Of a DNA stretch of 44,667 bases, positions 35,396-44,484 are shown one piece after another (the stretch's first letter is position 1; each line of letters opens with the position of its first letter). Under the pieces are notes generated by a model. It worked only from the letters and a program-made list of their open reading frames with translations, had not been told where the DNA came from and made no database searches. The translations under genes were made by a program, and so were the position numbers. The DNA comes from Gemmatimonadota bacterium (GTDB taxonomy: Bacteria > Latescibacterota > UBA2968 > UBA8231): contig JAYOYH010000039.1 of NCBI GenBank assembly GCA_038153405.1, forward strand, positions 1 through 44,667, read 5' to 3'.

Positions 35396-37291
35396 TTAGG
35401 AAATGGGCTCTGGGTTGTAGAGATCGGCGATGTGCACAGCCTGAAAGAGCGTGGCCGGTTCGAGTTGGGTGCGCAGGGCGCGCTTGCGCGGCAGCAGTGT
35501 GGTGGGGCCGAGGATGGGTGGACCGACAATTACTTCGACGCGCCCGGGGTGTATGTGCAGATTGCCTTTGGGGCACTTGGGCCACAGCGAGTGAATGCCG
35601 CGAAAGGCCAGTGGAATCAGCACCAGGTCGCCCGGCAGGTGGGCAAAGAGTCCGTGCTGCATGGGCAGGCACTGGAGCGCATAGGACGACGTGGTGCCGG
35701 CTGGGTATACCACGCCGGGCCGCTTGTCGAGCAATTTGGCAAAGCGCTGCGTAGGGCTGCCGGTGTCGGCCGAGCGCGACATGACGACGTGGCCATCGGC
35801 TTCTTCCATCATGCGATCGACTTCCTCTGGCGTAAAGCCGATCGGGGTAAAGGTGCGACCGAAAATCGTCAGGCTGCCCATGGCCGTCAGCTGTGAGCGC
35901 GCCAGAATGGTGCATGGGGTGGGCTCTTTCCAACCGAGCGCCTTCATGAACACTTCGTCGTTGAGCACGTAGTTCATTACCGGATGATCAAATACGCTCT
36001 GGTGCGTAGGCAGAAAGAGCATTTTGTGTTTGCCCGACCCCAGGTCTAAATCGCGGGCGATGGGAGCAAAGAGCGGATCAATGCGAATGTCGACGCAAAT
36101 GTCAAAGATCTTCAGCGACTCGTGCGCCCACTCGCGGTTTTGCTCCCAGGCGCGACGCAGGCGTTCCTGCTCTTCTACGCCGGCTTTGAGCAGCTGCATT
36201 TTGCGCTTGCCGGTGCGGCGAAAGAGCAGGGCCCAGCGCAGCAGGCGGGTGCGGCGGCTCCAGGTGGACAGCTGTTGCGTGCATCCGACGTTAGGATATT
36301 CGAGAAAGCGGCCCTTGAGGTCCTCGCCCAGCAGAGGCGGCAAGCTCACCGCATCGGCCTGCAGGCGGTTGGCATCGCTCACGATAGACCGCGCCAGATC
36401 GATCAGGTCGCGCGTCAGATAGCTGTATTCCTGACCGTACCAATACTCGCGCGGCTTGATTTGCGCCGGATCCTCCAGATGGGCATGCAGGAACTGCAGC
36501 AGCATGGCCTTGCCCAGCAGTACGGCCTTTGCCAATGGGTTGGCGACTCCCGCTGCTGAAGTGCCGTGCTGGGCCAGGAGCAGTTCGACATCGGTAATGG
36601 CTTTCCAACAGGAAATACCCAGCCAGATAAAGTTGCTGAACGTGTTGTAGCGAATGGCCAACAGTTCGCCGGCGGCCAGAAAATCGACGACGGCTTCGGC
36701 GATGGACTCCAACAACTGGTGCAGCGAACCCTCGCGCCGGTTGCCGTCTAGCTCAACGGCGTAGTGGCGCTGCCGGCGCGGTTCGTCTGCTGCGGAGGGG
36801 CCTATTTTTTCAGCTACGGAATGGGCATGCGACAGCGGCACGCGGGCGACGCGCAGGTTGACCAGCGCCCTTTCGCCCTCGTCTAGCTCAATGGGATCGT
36901 CGCGCCCGAGGGCCTGCAAATAAACATCGTGATAGAGCTGGAGAAAATCGCGTTCATCGCCCTGGCCATCGTCACAAAACTGCGCCTGCAGTTTAAGATA
37001 TAGGCGATTGGCAGCGTGGTATGCGGGTCGGACCTTCTCAAACTGGGCGTGGGCATCGGCCAGGCGCTGTTCTCTGCGCCCGGGTATGCCCTCGTGGATC
37101 GCCGCGATGAGTTGGGCACGGCGCTGCAGGGATTCCTGCGTCGGTTGGCTGCTGCCGGGCCACTCGATGGCATCGTCTGCGCTAAAGTGGCCATCGCTGT
37201 GCGCAACCTGTAGCAGCTGTTGCGCCGCTTGGTCGTACTGCGCCAGCAGCGAATCGCGGTCTATATCGCGCAGCAGATGATCTATATCCAC
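35396..37291 (-). CDS. Lysophospholipid acyltransferase (PlsC-like) domain with a ~390-aa N-terminal extension
   Basis: LPTHQSVFD (HX4D), VYPAGT, IPLAFRG...WPK...IHPGRVEVIVGPPI. The track starts at 37291 (GTG). Confidence 0.75.
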   Translation of the reverse strand: MDIDHLLRDIDRDSLLAQYDQAAQQLLQVAHSDGHFSADDAIEWPGSSQPTQESLQRRAQLIAAIHEGIPGRREQRLADAHAQFEKVRPAYHAANRLYLKLQAQFCDDGQGDERDFLQLYHDVYLQALGRDDPIELDEGERALVNLRVARVPLSHAHSVAEKIGPSAADEPRRQRHYAVELDGNRREGSLHQLLESIAEAVVDFLAAGELLAIRYNTFSNFIWLGISCWKAITDVELLLAQHGTSAAGVANPLAKAVLLGKAMLLQFLHAHLEDPAQIKPREYWYGQEYSYLTRDLIDLARSIVSDANRLQADAVSLPPLLGEDLKGRFLEYPNVGCTQQLSTWSRRTRLLRWALLFRRTGKRKMQLLKAGVEEQERLRRAWEQNREWAHESLKIFDICVDIRIDPLFAPIARDLDLGSGKHKMLFLPTHQSVFDHPVMNYVLNDEVFMKALGWKEPTPCTILARSQLTAMGSLTIFGRTFTPIGFTPEEVDRMMEEADGHVVMSRSADTGSPTQRFAKLLDKRPGVVYPAGTTSSYALQCLPMQHGLFAHLPGDLVLIPLAFRGIHSLWPKCPKGNLHIHPGRVEVIVGPPILGPTTLLPRKRALRTQLEPATLFQAVHIADLYNPEPIS

Positions 37292-37336
37292 GATATCGTC
37301 TCGCGTGCGTTAGAAAGGCGAAGTGCAGCGCACATC

Positions 37337-38995
37337 TCATGCCGACAGCGTTGCGTTTACTTGGTCGATCAAGCCCTGTGGGCTAAATGGTTTCTGCAGG
37401 AAAGCTATGTCGTCTCCTTCGACCCCGTGGCGCAGCAGCTCGCTGTTGGTGAAACCGGACATGTAAATCGTGCGTATAGCGGGGCGCTGTTTGATCATGT
37501 GCTGCACCAGTTGGGGGCCGTTCATCTCGGGCATGACCACATCGGTCAGCAGCAAGTCGATCGCGCCGGTGTGCAACTCGGCTAGGGCCAGTGCTTCGTC
37601 TCCCCTGCTGGCTTCGAGCACGTCAAAGCCGTAGTCGCCCAACACCCTACGCGCCAAGCTGCGCACGATGTCCTCGTCTTCGACGACCATAATTGTGCCA
37701 TTTTTTTTCTCGCCGTTCGCGCTGGGGGCGTCCGTGTAGACTAGCTCGTCGGGAGGGGTAGCTTCAGATAGGGGCAAATAGATGGTGAAGGTCGTGCCCT
37801 CGTTGGCCTTGCTGAGTACGTCGATTTGTCCGCCGCTCTGCGTGACGACGCTGTATACCATGGCCAGACCCAATCCAGTGCCCTTACCTCTGCCCTTTGT
37901 GGTGAAAAAGGGCTCGAATATGCGGTTTAGCGTGGCGTCGTCCATACCGGTGCCCGTATCGCCAATGATTAGCAGGACGTAGGAGCCCGGGTCGAGATGG
38001 ACAAAGCGGTTGGTCAACGGCGCATCAATAGTGCACTGCTCGGTCCGGATGGAAATCTGACCACCCTGCGGCATGGCGTCGCGCGCGTTGACCGATAGGT
38101 TGACGAGAATCTGGTCGAAGAAGCTGGAGTCGGCGTGGACGAAGAGCGATGTGGGATGGAGCTGGACATCGATCACCACGTGTTCGCCAATTACGCGCTG
38201 CAGCATGTCCTGTGCCGCGCGAATGGCGCTATTCACATCAAACGTCGTCGATTCGAGCGGCTGGCGTCGGCCAAAGGTGAGCAGCTTGCTCGTCAAGGCC
38301 GCTGCGCGCTCACCGGCATCGTGGATGGCTTTTATATCGCCGAAAAACGGCTCCTCTTGGCTTATGGTGCTCAGCACCAATTCGCTGTAGCCCTTGATGA
38401 TGGTCAACATATTGTTGAAGTCGTGGGCAATGCCGCCGGCCAGTTGGCCGAGCACTTCCATCTTTTGCGACTGGCGCAGCTGCTCTTCGAGCAGGATCTT
38501 GGCTTGGTTGTCTCGCTGGTGTTCGGCGATTTCTTTGCGCAGCTGCTCGTTGACCTGAGCGAGCTCTGCCGTGCGTTCGTTTACGCGCACTTCGAGCTCT
38601 TCGCGTGCGGCCAGCATTTCCTTTTCGATCGAGTGGCGATATAGGGCGATTTCTATGGTGCTGTTGAGCTCGCGATCCTTGAACGGTTTGAGCACGTACG
38701 CGAAGGGCGCTGTCGCCTTGGCGCGCTGCATCGTCTTTTCGTCGGAATAGGCAGTTAAAAAAACGACGGGGACATCTACTTCGCGACGCAGGCGCGCGGC
38801 CGTCTCAATGCCATCGACATCGCCGTGGATATGAATATCCATTAGGACTAAGTCGGGCGTTTCGCGGCGCACCAGTTCGAGAGCGGAATCGCTCGAATCG
38901 GCAATGCCTGTGACGTCGTAGCCCATGCGAATCAGGCGATTTTCTATATCGAGGCTGACGATCCCCTCGTCTTCAACAACCAGTATCTTCGCCAT
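37337..38995 (-). CDS. Cytoplasmic hybrid histidine kinase (REC-HisKA-HATPase-REC)
   Basis: ILVVEDE...LVLMDI...[49 protein letters not shown]-terminal VVEDE...TDVVMP...KPF. Confidence 0.95.
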   Translation of the reverse strand: MAKILVVEDEGIVSLDIENRLIRMGYDVTGIADSSDSALELVRRETPDLVLMDIHIHGDVDGIETAARLRREVDVPVVFLTAYSDEKTMQRAKATAPFAYVLKPFKDRELNSTIEIALYRHSIEKEMLAAREELEVRVNERTAELAQVNEQLRKEIAEHQRDNQAKILLEEQLRQSQKMEVLGQLAGGIAHDFNNMLTIIKGYSELVLSTISQEEPFFGDIKAIHDAGERAAALTSKLLTFGRRQPLESTTFDVNSAIRAAQDMLQRVIGEHVVIDVQLHPTSLFVHADSSFFDQILVNLSVNARDAMPQGGQISIRTEQCTIDAPLTNRFVHLDPGSYVLLIIGDTGTGMDDATLNRIFEPFFTTKGRGKGTGLGLAMVYSVVTQSGGQIDVLSKANEGTTFTIYLPLSEATPPDELVYTDAPSANGEKKNGTIMVVEDEDIVRSLARRVLGDYGFDVLEASRGDEALALAELHTGAIDLLLTDVVMPEMNGPQLVQHMIKQRPAIRTIYMSGFTNSELLRHGVEGDDIAFLQKPFSPQGLIDQVNATLSA

Positions 38996-39197
38996 CGTAT
39001 TCGGTATCCAGACACCTTGTTATAGAACAGTGTTCCAAAGTTAGGGGGTTGCTTGGGTGAAAGCAAATAGCTGTTGGTTGTCACCAAAGGCACGCGTCCA
39101 ACGCGCTGCTTCGGTGCGGGCGTTTTTCTTGAGAACGGCATGTCAATTGAGTACATTGCCGGACGAGGCGGTGCTGTCCTTGCGAAAGGGTGGTGCC

Positions 39198-39464
39198 ATG
39201 CGGAGTTACGAAGAGATTTTTCAAGAGAAGTTCAAGGGGTTTTGCGCCGAACACCGCAGCCTACAGGCCTGGCAGGCGCGCTTGGAGTTGAAGCGCCTGT
39301 ACCCCGGCCTATTTCAGGCCGTCTTCGCTCGCAGTCTGCACGAGAAGTACATGGGTGCTGTCGATTTTCACATGGCAGAAGGGCACGCGGCCGAAGAGGC
39401 GCGCCAGATGGTCGTCAGGCATGCGCCCGAACTGGCTGCCGAAGTAGCCGATGACGGCGACTGA
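39198..39464 (+). CDS. Small hypothetical protein (88 aa) with an internal two-fold helical repeat
   Basis: AAGGGTGG RBS before ATG 39198; followed by an intrinsic terminator. Confidence 0.65.
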   Translation: MRSYEEIFQEKFKGFCAEHRSLQAWQARLELKRLYPGLFQAVFARSLHEKYMGAVDFHMAEGHAAEEARQMVVRHAPELAAEVADDGD

Positions 39465-39486
39465 TCACAGCAAAATGCGTCAAGCG

Positions 39487-39511
39487 ACCGGCTCAACAGG
39501 GCCGGTTTTTT
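39487..39511 (+). terminator. Intrinsic terminator
   Basis: ACCGGCTC-aaca-GGGCCGGT followed by a T run. Confidence 0.75.
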
Positions 39512-39528
39512 ATTGCCAAAGGAGAGCT

Positions 39529-39690
39529 ATGTTTGCGGAGGTCGCGCCGGGTATCTACCGTTTCGAACACCGTGTCGCCGAAGGAAAAAATGCGCTGGTG
39601 TGCGGACGGCGCGGAGCGCTAGCCATCGACTGGGCGCGGCACCATCAGTGTAGCGTCGACGAGCTCAAGCGCATAGGAGAGCGCATATAA
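39529..39690 (+). pseudogene. Probable internally deleted MBL-fold hydrolase remnant (53 aa)
   Basis: Strong AAGGAG RBS; MFAEVAPGIY...GKNALVCGRRGALAID resembles the first strands of MBL hydrolases but ends before any HxHxDH motif. Confidence 0.5.
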
Positions 39691-40766
39691 TGTCAGAAGG
39701 ATGGGACGAGGGTCGCCGCGTCGACGCTGGCCAATTGTTGGGGTTGGTCTCGGCGATCTTTCGCCGCTGCGGCATGGAAGAGGCAGACGCCCACCTGCTG
39801 GCCGACTCGCTGGTCTTTGCCGATTTGGGCGGCATCCATTCGCACGGCGTGCTGCGCGTGCCCGAGTACGCCAAGAAGCTGACGGCCGACGGAGTCGATC
39901 CGCGCGGACGCCCGCAGGTGGTGCGCGAAATGGGCGCCTGTCTCGTGATCGACGCAAAGAATTCGATGGGGCAGATCGGCTGCCATTTTGCCATGCAGCA
40001 GGCGATTGAGAAAGCGCGCGTGCACGGATTGGGCGCCGCTGCCGTGCGCGGATCCAACCACTGCGGCGCCATGGCCTACTTCGCCATGCAGGCGCTGCCG
40101 CACGATATGATTGGCTGGGCGACGACCAACGCGCTGCCGACGATGGCGCCGTGGGGCGGTAGAGAGCGGATCGTCGGCATCAATCCGCTGGCCGTTGCCG
40201 TGCCGGCCGGCGCCGAGTATCCGATCGTATTCGACGCGGCCTTCAGCGGTTCTTCGCACGGTAAAATTCGCATTCACCACCAGAAGAACTTGCCTCTGCC
40301 CGAAGGGTGGGCACTGGATGCAGATGGGCAGCCGACGACCGATCCGGCTAGGGCCATTGACGGGTTGCTCATGCCCATTGGCACTTTTAAAGGCGTGTCG
40401 CTAGCCATGCTGATGGGCGTGTTTTCCTCCATGCTTTCCGGGGCGGCCTATGGGACGGAACTCGGCAATATGGAGGACGGCCCTATCGCGGGCACCGATG
40501 GTCATTTTCTCATGGCCATTAACGTGGCAGCATTTGAGGAGGTCGACCGTTTTAAAGAGCGCATCGACGCGGCCATTGCCCAGGTCCACGCCAGTCGCCG
40601 CGCGCCCGGCGTGGAGCGACTGTACGTGGCGGGCGAAGTGGAGTTTATGCGGCGCAATCAGTACGAGCATGCGGGTATTCCCCTCAACGCCGCCACATTG
40701 GCGGATATCGCCGCCACCGCGCGTGCTTTGGGCGAAGATACGTCGCCCTTTGGCTGGTTGAGTTAG
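39690..40766 (+). CDS. Ldh_2 family (malate/L-lactate/ureidoglycolate dehydrogenase-like) oxidoreductase
   Basis: ADL.GI.SHG..R, SNHCGAM, GINPLA, D.A.S....GKI, GWALDADG.PTTDP, FKG..L, GHF.MAI, AGE.E. Confidence 0.93.
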   Translation: MSEGWDEGRRVDAGQLLGLVSAIFRRCGMEEADAHLLADSLVFADLGGIHSHGVLRVPEYAKKLTADGVDPRGRPQVVREMGACLVIDAKNSMGQIGCHFAMQQAIEKARVHGLGAAAVRGSNHCGAMAYFAMQALPHDMIGWATTNALPTMAPWGGRERIVGINPLAVAVPAGAEYPIVFDAAFSGSSHGKIRIHHQKNLPLPEGWALDADGQPTTDPARAIDGLLMPIGTFKGVSLAMLMGVFSSMLSGAAYGTELGNMEDGPIAGTDGHFLMAINVAAFEEVDRFKERIDAAIAQVHASRRAPGVERLYVAGEVEFMRRNQYEHAGIPLNAATLADIAATARALGEDTSPFGWLS

Positions 40767-40774
40767 CGATCAGC

Positions 40775-41659
40775 CTAGAGCGAGCGATGGCCGACAAAGC
40801 CCTTGGGGTTTTCAAAGGCGTCGACCCACAGGCGGCACCACTCGTCGTAGTCGCGCATCACGCTAGAGGGATTGCTGCGCGAGCGCACGACAAAGTCGGG
40901 GTGACCGGTGCGCCCGGTATGCTGCCCGGTGGGCTGGTAGCGCAGGTCGAGCGACCAGCGGCACTCGTCCGAGTGGTTAGGCGTTGAGCGATGCGGAGTG
41001 AAGCGGCTCATCAGCACGATATCGCCCATTTCGCACTCGGCGACGATCGGTTCGGTCCCGGGAATGACTTCGGGGTCAATCGTCGTGCCACCCTCGCGCA
41101 GGTGGCGCAGATAGCCCGTTTCGACCACGCCGGGAATCACTTCCATACAGCCCATTTGCTGCGTAGCGCGCCCTATGGGTAGCCAGCAGGTAACCACGTC
41201 CGAGCCTTCGGCTTCTTCCATCATAACGCCGGCGTCCTGATGCCAGGGGGCGTTGTGAAAAGAGGGACCGGCATGGCCTTCGTACTCCAGCGGCGGCTTG
41301 GCGCGCAGGTGCTGTATGGGGTTGCAAGTCAGCTCGGGGCCGAGCAGCGATTCGAGCAGATCGAGCAGGTTTTCATTGAGCAGGAACTCGAACGTAGCGC
41401 GACCGCGATAGTGCATGATATCGAGGCCGTTGCCCATTTCCTTGCACTGCGCGAAGAGCAGGCCATAGCGGGTTGTAAAGGGGGCATTCTCGTGCAGGTC
41501 GGCGATCTTGCCTTCGGAATGCAGCTGGCGCGCGCGCGCATCGATCCAGGCGGATAGCTCGTCGACGACGGGTTGTAAATCGGCAGCGCTCAAGGCGCCG
41601 CGGGCAATGATGACGCCTCGGGTGCGAAATTCTTCTTTCTGCTTTTCTGTCAGTTTCAC
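40775..41659 (-). CDS. Phytanoyl-CoA dioxygenase (PhyH) family, canonical HxD
   Basis: RAKPP, PWHQD, CWLP, GCMEVIPG, GDIVLM..TPHRS.PN.S...RWSLDLRY. Confidence 0.9.
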   Translation of the reverse strand: MKLTEKQKEEFRTRGVIIARGALSAADLQPVVDELSAWIDARARQLHSEGKIADLHENAPFTTRYGLLFAQCKEMGNGLDIMHYRGRATFEFLLNENLLDLLESLLGPELTCNPIQHLRAKPPLEYEGHAGPSFHNAPWHQDAGVMMEEAEGSDVVTCWLPIGRATQQMGCMEVIPGVVETGYLRHLREGGTTIDPEVIPGTEPIVAECEMGDIVLMSRFTPHRSTPNHSDECRWSLDLRYQPTGQHTGRTGHPDFVVRSRSNPSSVMRDYDEWCRLWVDAFENPKGFVGHRSL

Positions 41660-41735
41660 GGTCGCTCTCCTATATGCGCTTTGGGCCGCCCCAAATTAAG
41701 CAAATCGCAGCCCAGCTGTAAACGCTCTGCGCGGC

Positions 41736-41788
41736 GCTAATGCAACGAGGGACGGCGCATTGGTCACGCCGTCCCTCGTTGCATTAGC
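41736..41788. repeat. Perfect 22-bp inverted repeat with 9-nt loop
   Basis: GCTAATGCAACGAGGGACGGCG-cattggtca-CGCCGTCCCTCGTTGCATTAGC. Confidence 0.9.
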
Positions 41789-41803
41789 CAGCCACAGACC
41801 CTG

Positions 41804-42097
41804 TCACATGGCATATTGGCGAATGTTGTGCGCCAGGTGCGATGAAAGTTCGGCCACACCGTGCGCGCAGCCCAATTCGCCTCCGGCCACCGCCTGTTGG
41901 TAAATAAAGATGCGGTAGCCGCGCGGCGGCAGGCTCGTGTTGTCGCAGATGCGTATGGGCGGGATTCGATAGCGATCCGAGCGCTCCATATCGCGCCGCA
42001 TCTGGCGAATGCTGCTGATCAGGTTTTCCTCCTCTGCGTTTTTGCTCTTCACATACGGAACGAGTTCCAATCCAATTTCGAGCTGTATAGCCTCCAT
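41804..42097 (-). CDS. Stand-alone FHIPEP (FlhA/SctV cytoplasmic subdomain)-like small protein
   Basis: IQLEIGLELVPYV...LISSIRQMRRDM....RIPPIRICDNTSLPPRGYRIFI....VAGGEL resembles the start of FlhA-C. AAGGAG at 42109-42114 favours a start at 42097 or 42103; 42196 is possible. Confidence 0.7.
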   Translation of the reverse strand: MEAIQLEIGLELVPYVKSKNAEEENLISSIRQMRRDMERSDRYRIPPIRICDNTSLPPRGYRIFIYQQAVAGGELGCAHGVAELSSHLAHNIRQYAM

Positions 42098-42456
42098 ATC
42101 CACGCCATCTCCTTGCCATAAAAAGTCGTCGGCCCTACGCAGCGGCATTGCACTCTTTCCAGTAGATGGCGCAGTGCCGTGCGTCGAAATCGCCATGGGG
42201 AGGCGGGCGATTTCGTTCCCGCCAGGGCTAAGCAAGCGCAATGCCAAATTGAAAAATTATTTATAAGCAAGACGTAAGTTTTTGTTGGGGAGTGTATTAC
42301 GAGTGCTGTAATTCGTCGGCAGTCGCGCGGCATTACGCGCTGCCGTGGGCAGAAAATGCGCGCGCGGCGCAGGGCGTAGAGAAAAAGGTGCAGGTGCGTA
42401 GCCGCCAGCGCTGCCGTGCGGCTACGCACGACGGCGCTGGCGGCGCAAAGGGCGGT

Positions 42457-43380
42457 CTACAGGTCGATGGCGTGTTGGGCGATATAGGCTTCGATATCGG
42501 CGCGGCTCATGGCCCCGGTAAAGGTGCCGCCCGGTGGCATGTAGTAGAAGTACTCGGCGTAGTTCAAGTCGTAGGGTTGGCCCATGCGCTCGTACTCGTT
42601 GAGGCCGAAGAGGCGGATATACTGGCGGTCGGCCGTCTCGTCGTCGTCGCCCAACTCCGGAAGCTGTTTGCCCTCTCCGGCCAGTCGCTCCTTGAGGCGG
42701 CGACCGTGTGAGCCGGCCGGCCCTTGGGACTTGTTGGCGCTCATCGAGGCAATTTTCTCTTCCAAGTACGGTTCGATATCGACGGCCGTATTATACGGCT
42801 GCCCTGGGCGCATCGTCCAATAATAGATGTCTTTTACCCCGTGCGGCTGCAGACCGCAGGCGATGTGTTCGGGGTAGTCCTTGCTCATGCCGGCCATCCA
42901 GCGCGCCGCCTCGACGGCCTGTCCCGTTATGTAGTGGTCGGGGTTTTCCTCCCAATGTCCCCAGGGACTGAAGGTCGTAATGGTGTCGATCTTCAGCGCG
43001 CGGATCAGGTAGACCAGGCGGGCCCGCAGTTCGATGGGAGAGGCTTCGTCGAGAAAGTGGTTGCGGTAGCTCAGGTGGATGACCTGTTTAAAGCCGAGCT
43101 CTTTGGCCAGCACGTCGATCTCTTCCTCGTTGCGGCGAATGGTGTCGCCAATGCTGGGCGTGGGGCCGCACTTCTCGTCGTTGGTCGTCTGGATTAAGTA
43201 GGCGGTATAGCCCTCGTCGACGAGCTTGGCGACGAGTCCGGCGCAGAAAAAGGGGATGTCGTCGGCGTGCGCCTGCACGGCGGCCAGCACTTTGCCGGCG
43301 TGCGGTTTGCCCTGCTTCTTCTTTTCTACGGTGACTTCGCCAATGGCTTCATACCATGGTGTGCGCGGGTCGGATGACAT
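42457..43380 (-). CDS. PIG-L/LmbE family deacetylase
   Basis: AVQAHADD, TND, R..E....LG, ENPDH, VDI...LEEK....A.KSQ. AAGGAG RBS before ATG 43380. Confidence 0.87.
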   Translation of the reverse strand: MSSDPRTPWYEAIGEVTVEKKKQGKPHAGKVLAAVQAHADDIPFFCAGLVAKLVDEGYTAYLIQTTNDEKCGPTPSIGDTIRRNEEEIDVLAKELGFKQVIHLSYRNHFLDEASPIELRARLVYLIRALKIDTITTFSPWGHWEENPDHYITGQAVEAARWMAGMSKDYPEHIACGLQPHGVKDIYYWTMRPGQPYNTAVDIEPYLEEKIASMSANKSQGPAGSHGRRLKERLAGEGKQLPELGDDDETADRQYIRLFGLNEYERMGQPYDLNYAEYFYYMPPGGTFTGAMSRADIEAYIAQHAIDL

Positions 43381-43423
43381 GAGAGAAGGCTCCTTTGTAG
43401 AGGATGGCGGCAACCAAGTGCTA

Positions 43424-43499
43424 AGTCTGCTCCGCGCGCAGGGCCATGTCAAGCGCCCTGCGCACGGCGATTTGATCTGCGTACAAAGTCGGATATACT
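43424..43499. promoter_or_regulatory. Back-to-back putative sigma70 promoters
   Basis: Minus strand TTGACA-N17-CAGACT (43452-43424); plus strand TTGATC-N16-TATACT (43472-43499). Confidence 0.5.
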
Positions 43500-43531
43500 T
43501 GAAGGTCAACGACAAGCGATAGGAGCCCGCC

Positions 43532-44386
43532 ATGAAACTCTGCTGCACTTCTGTGATGTTGCCGCGCTGGACGCTGGACGAAACCTTTGACCAACTCGCG
43601 GCCGCTGGCTATGATGCCGTCGAGCTGCGCTGCCGCTATAACCCAGATGACGAAAATGCCGAGCCGGCTTTCTGGGGCCGGCACCTGTCCGACGTCAGTC
43701 CCGACAATATCGTCGACAAGGCGCCGGCCATTCGCGCGGCGTCGGCGCGCAGCGGAGTGCAGGTTGCCGCGCTAGCGCCCAACGTGCAGATCGGCCAGGA
43801 CGAAACGATTCGCAAGATCTTTGCCGGTGCCGTAGCTATCAACCCGCACAGCCCGCCCATGGTGCGCATCGGCGCGCCGCGCCACGACCGCACTGCGCCC
43901 TATATGCCGCAGTTTTTGGCAGCGCGCTGCGGTTTTGCCGACCTGGTCGAAATGGCGCGCGAGTGCGGCGTCAAAGTGCTCTATGAAATTCACGTCGGCA
44001 CAGTCGCCGTGAGCTGTTCGCGCACGCTGGAACTGCTGCGCGATTTGGATCCACAGCACATCGGCGCGATTTACGATGTGCCGAATATGCTGCGCGTCGG
44101 CCTAGAGGATTCGCGCATGGGCATGGAGATTCTCGGGCCCTATCTGGCCCATTGTCACATTGGCAACGGCATATCCGTCGAAGACGGCACGGACGAAGAG
44201 ACGGGGCGCCGCAAGTGGAAGTGGACATTCAGCGACGTGCGCGAAGGCGTGGCCGACATTGCACAGATCGTAGGCGACCTGAAGAGCGTCGGCTATGGCG
44301 GCTGCCTGTCGTTGGAGGAGTTTGGCCCGGGCGACGACGCGGAGAAAATTGCGAGCCAAGGCGCGTGGATTCGCCGCTGGATGTAG
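43532..44386 (+). CDS. Sugar phosphate isomerase/epimerase (xylose isomerase-like TIM barrel)
   Basis: GYDAVELR, LYEIH, IYDVPN, LAHCHI, EG.AD, GYGG.LSLE. Confidence 0.87.
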   Translation: MKLCCTSVMLPRWTLDETFDQLAAAGYDAVELRCRYNPDDENAEPAFWGRHLSDVSPDNIVDKAPAIRAASARSGVQVAALAPNVQIGQDETIRKIFAGAVAINPHSPPMVRIGAPRHDRTAPYMPQFLAARCGFADLVEMARECGVKVLYEIHVGTVAVSCSRTLELLRDLDPQHIGAIYDVPNMLRVGLEDSRMGMEILGPYLAHCHIGNGISVEDGTDEETGRRKWKWTFSDVREGVADIAQIVGDLKSVGYGGCLSLEEFGPGDDAEKIASQGAWIRRWM

Positions 44387-44404
44387 AGTTTTTCAACGGC
44401 CCCC

Positions 44405-44454
44405 AAAAAGATGGGCCATGAGCAGCCTGTTACGATCGGTCGCCCATGGCCCAT
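44405..44454 (-). terminator. Intrinsic terminator of the minus-strand outer-membrane gene
   Basis: Minus strand ATGGGCCATGGGC...GCTCATGGCCCAT followed by CTTTTT; lies between convergent genes. Confidence 0.65.
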
Positions 44455-44484
44455 ATACTGCGTGCCCAGCAGCGTGCGGTGCGC

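Noticed and set aside
42313..42335. Minus-strand TAAT...GCCGACGA upstream of the FlhA-like ORF as a second sigma28 promoter
   Set aside because: The spacer is 11 nt instead of 15 and both boxes are imperfect.
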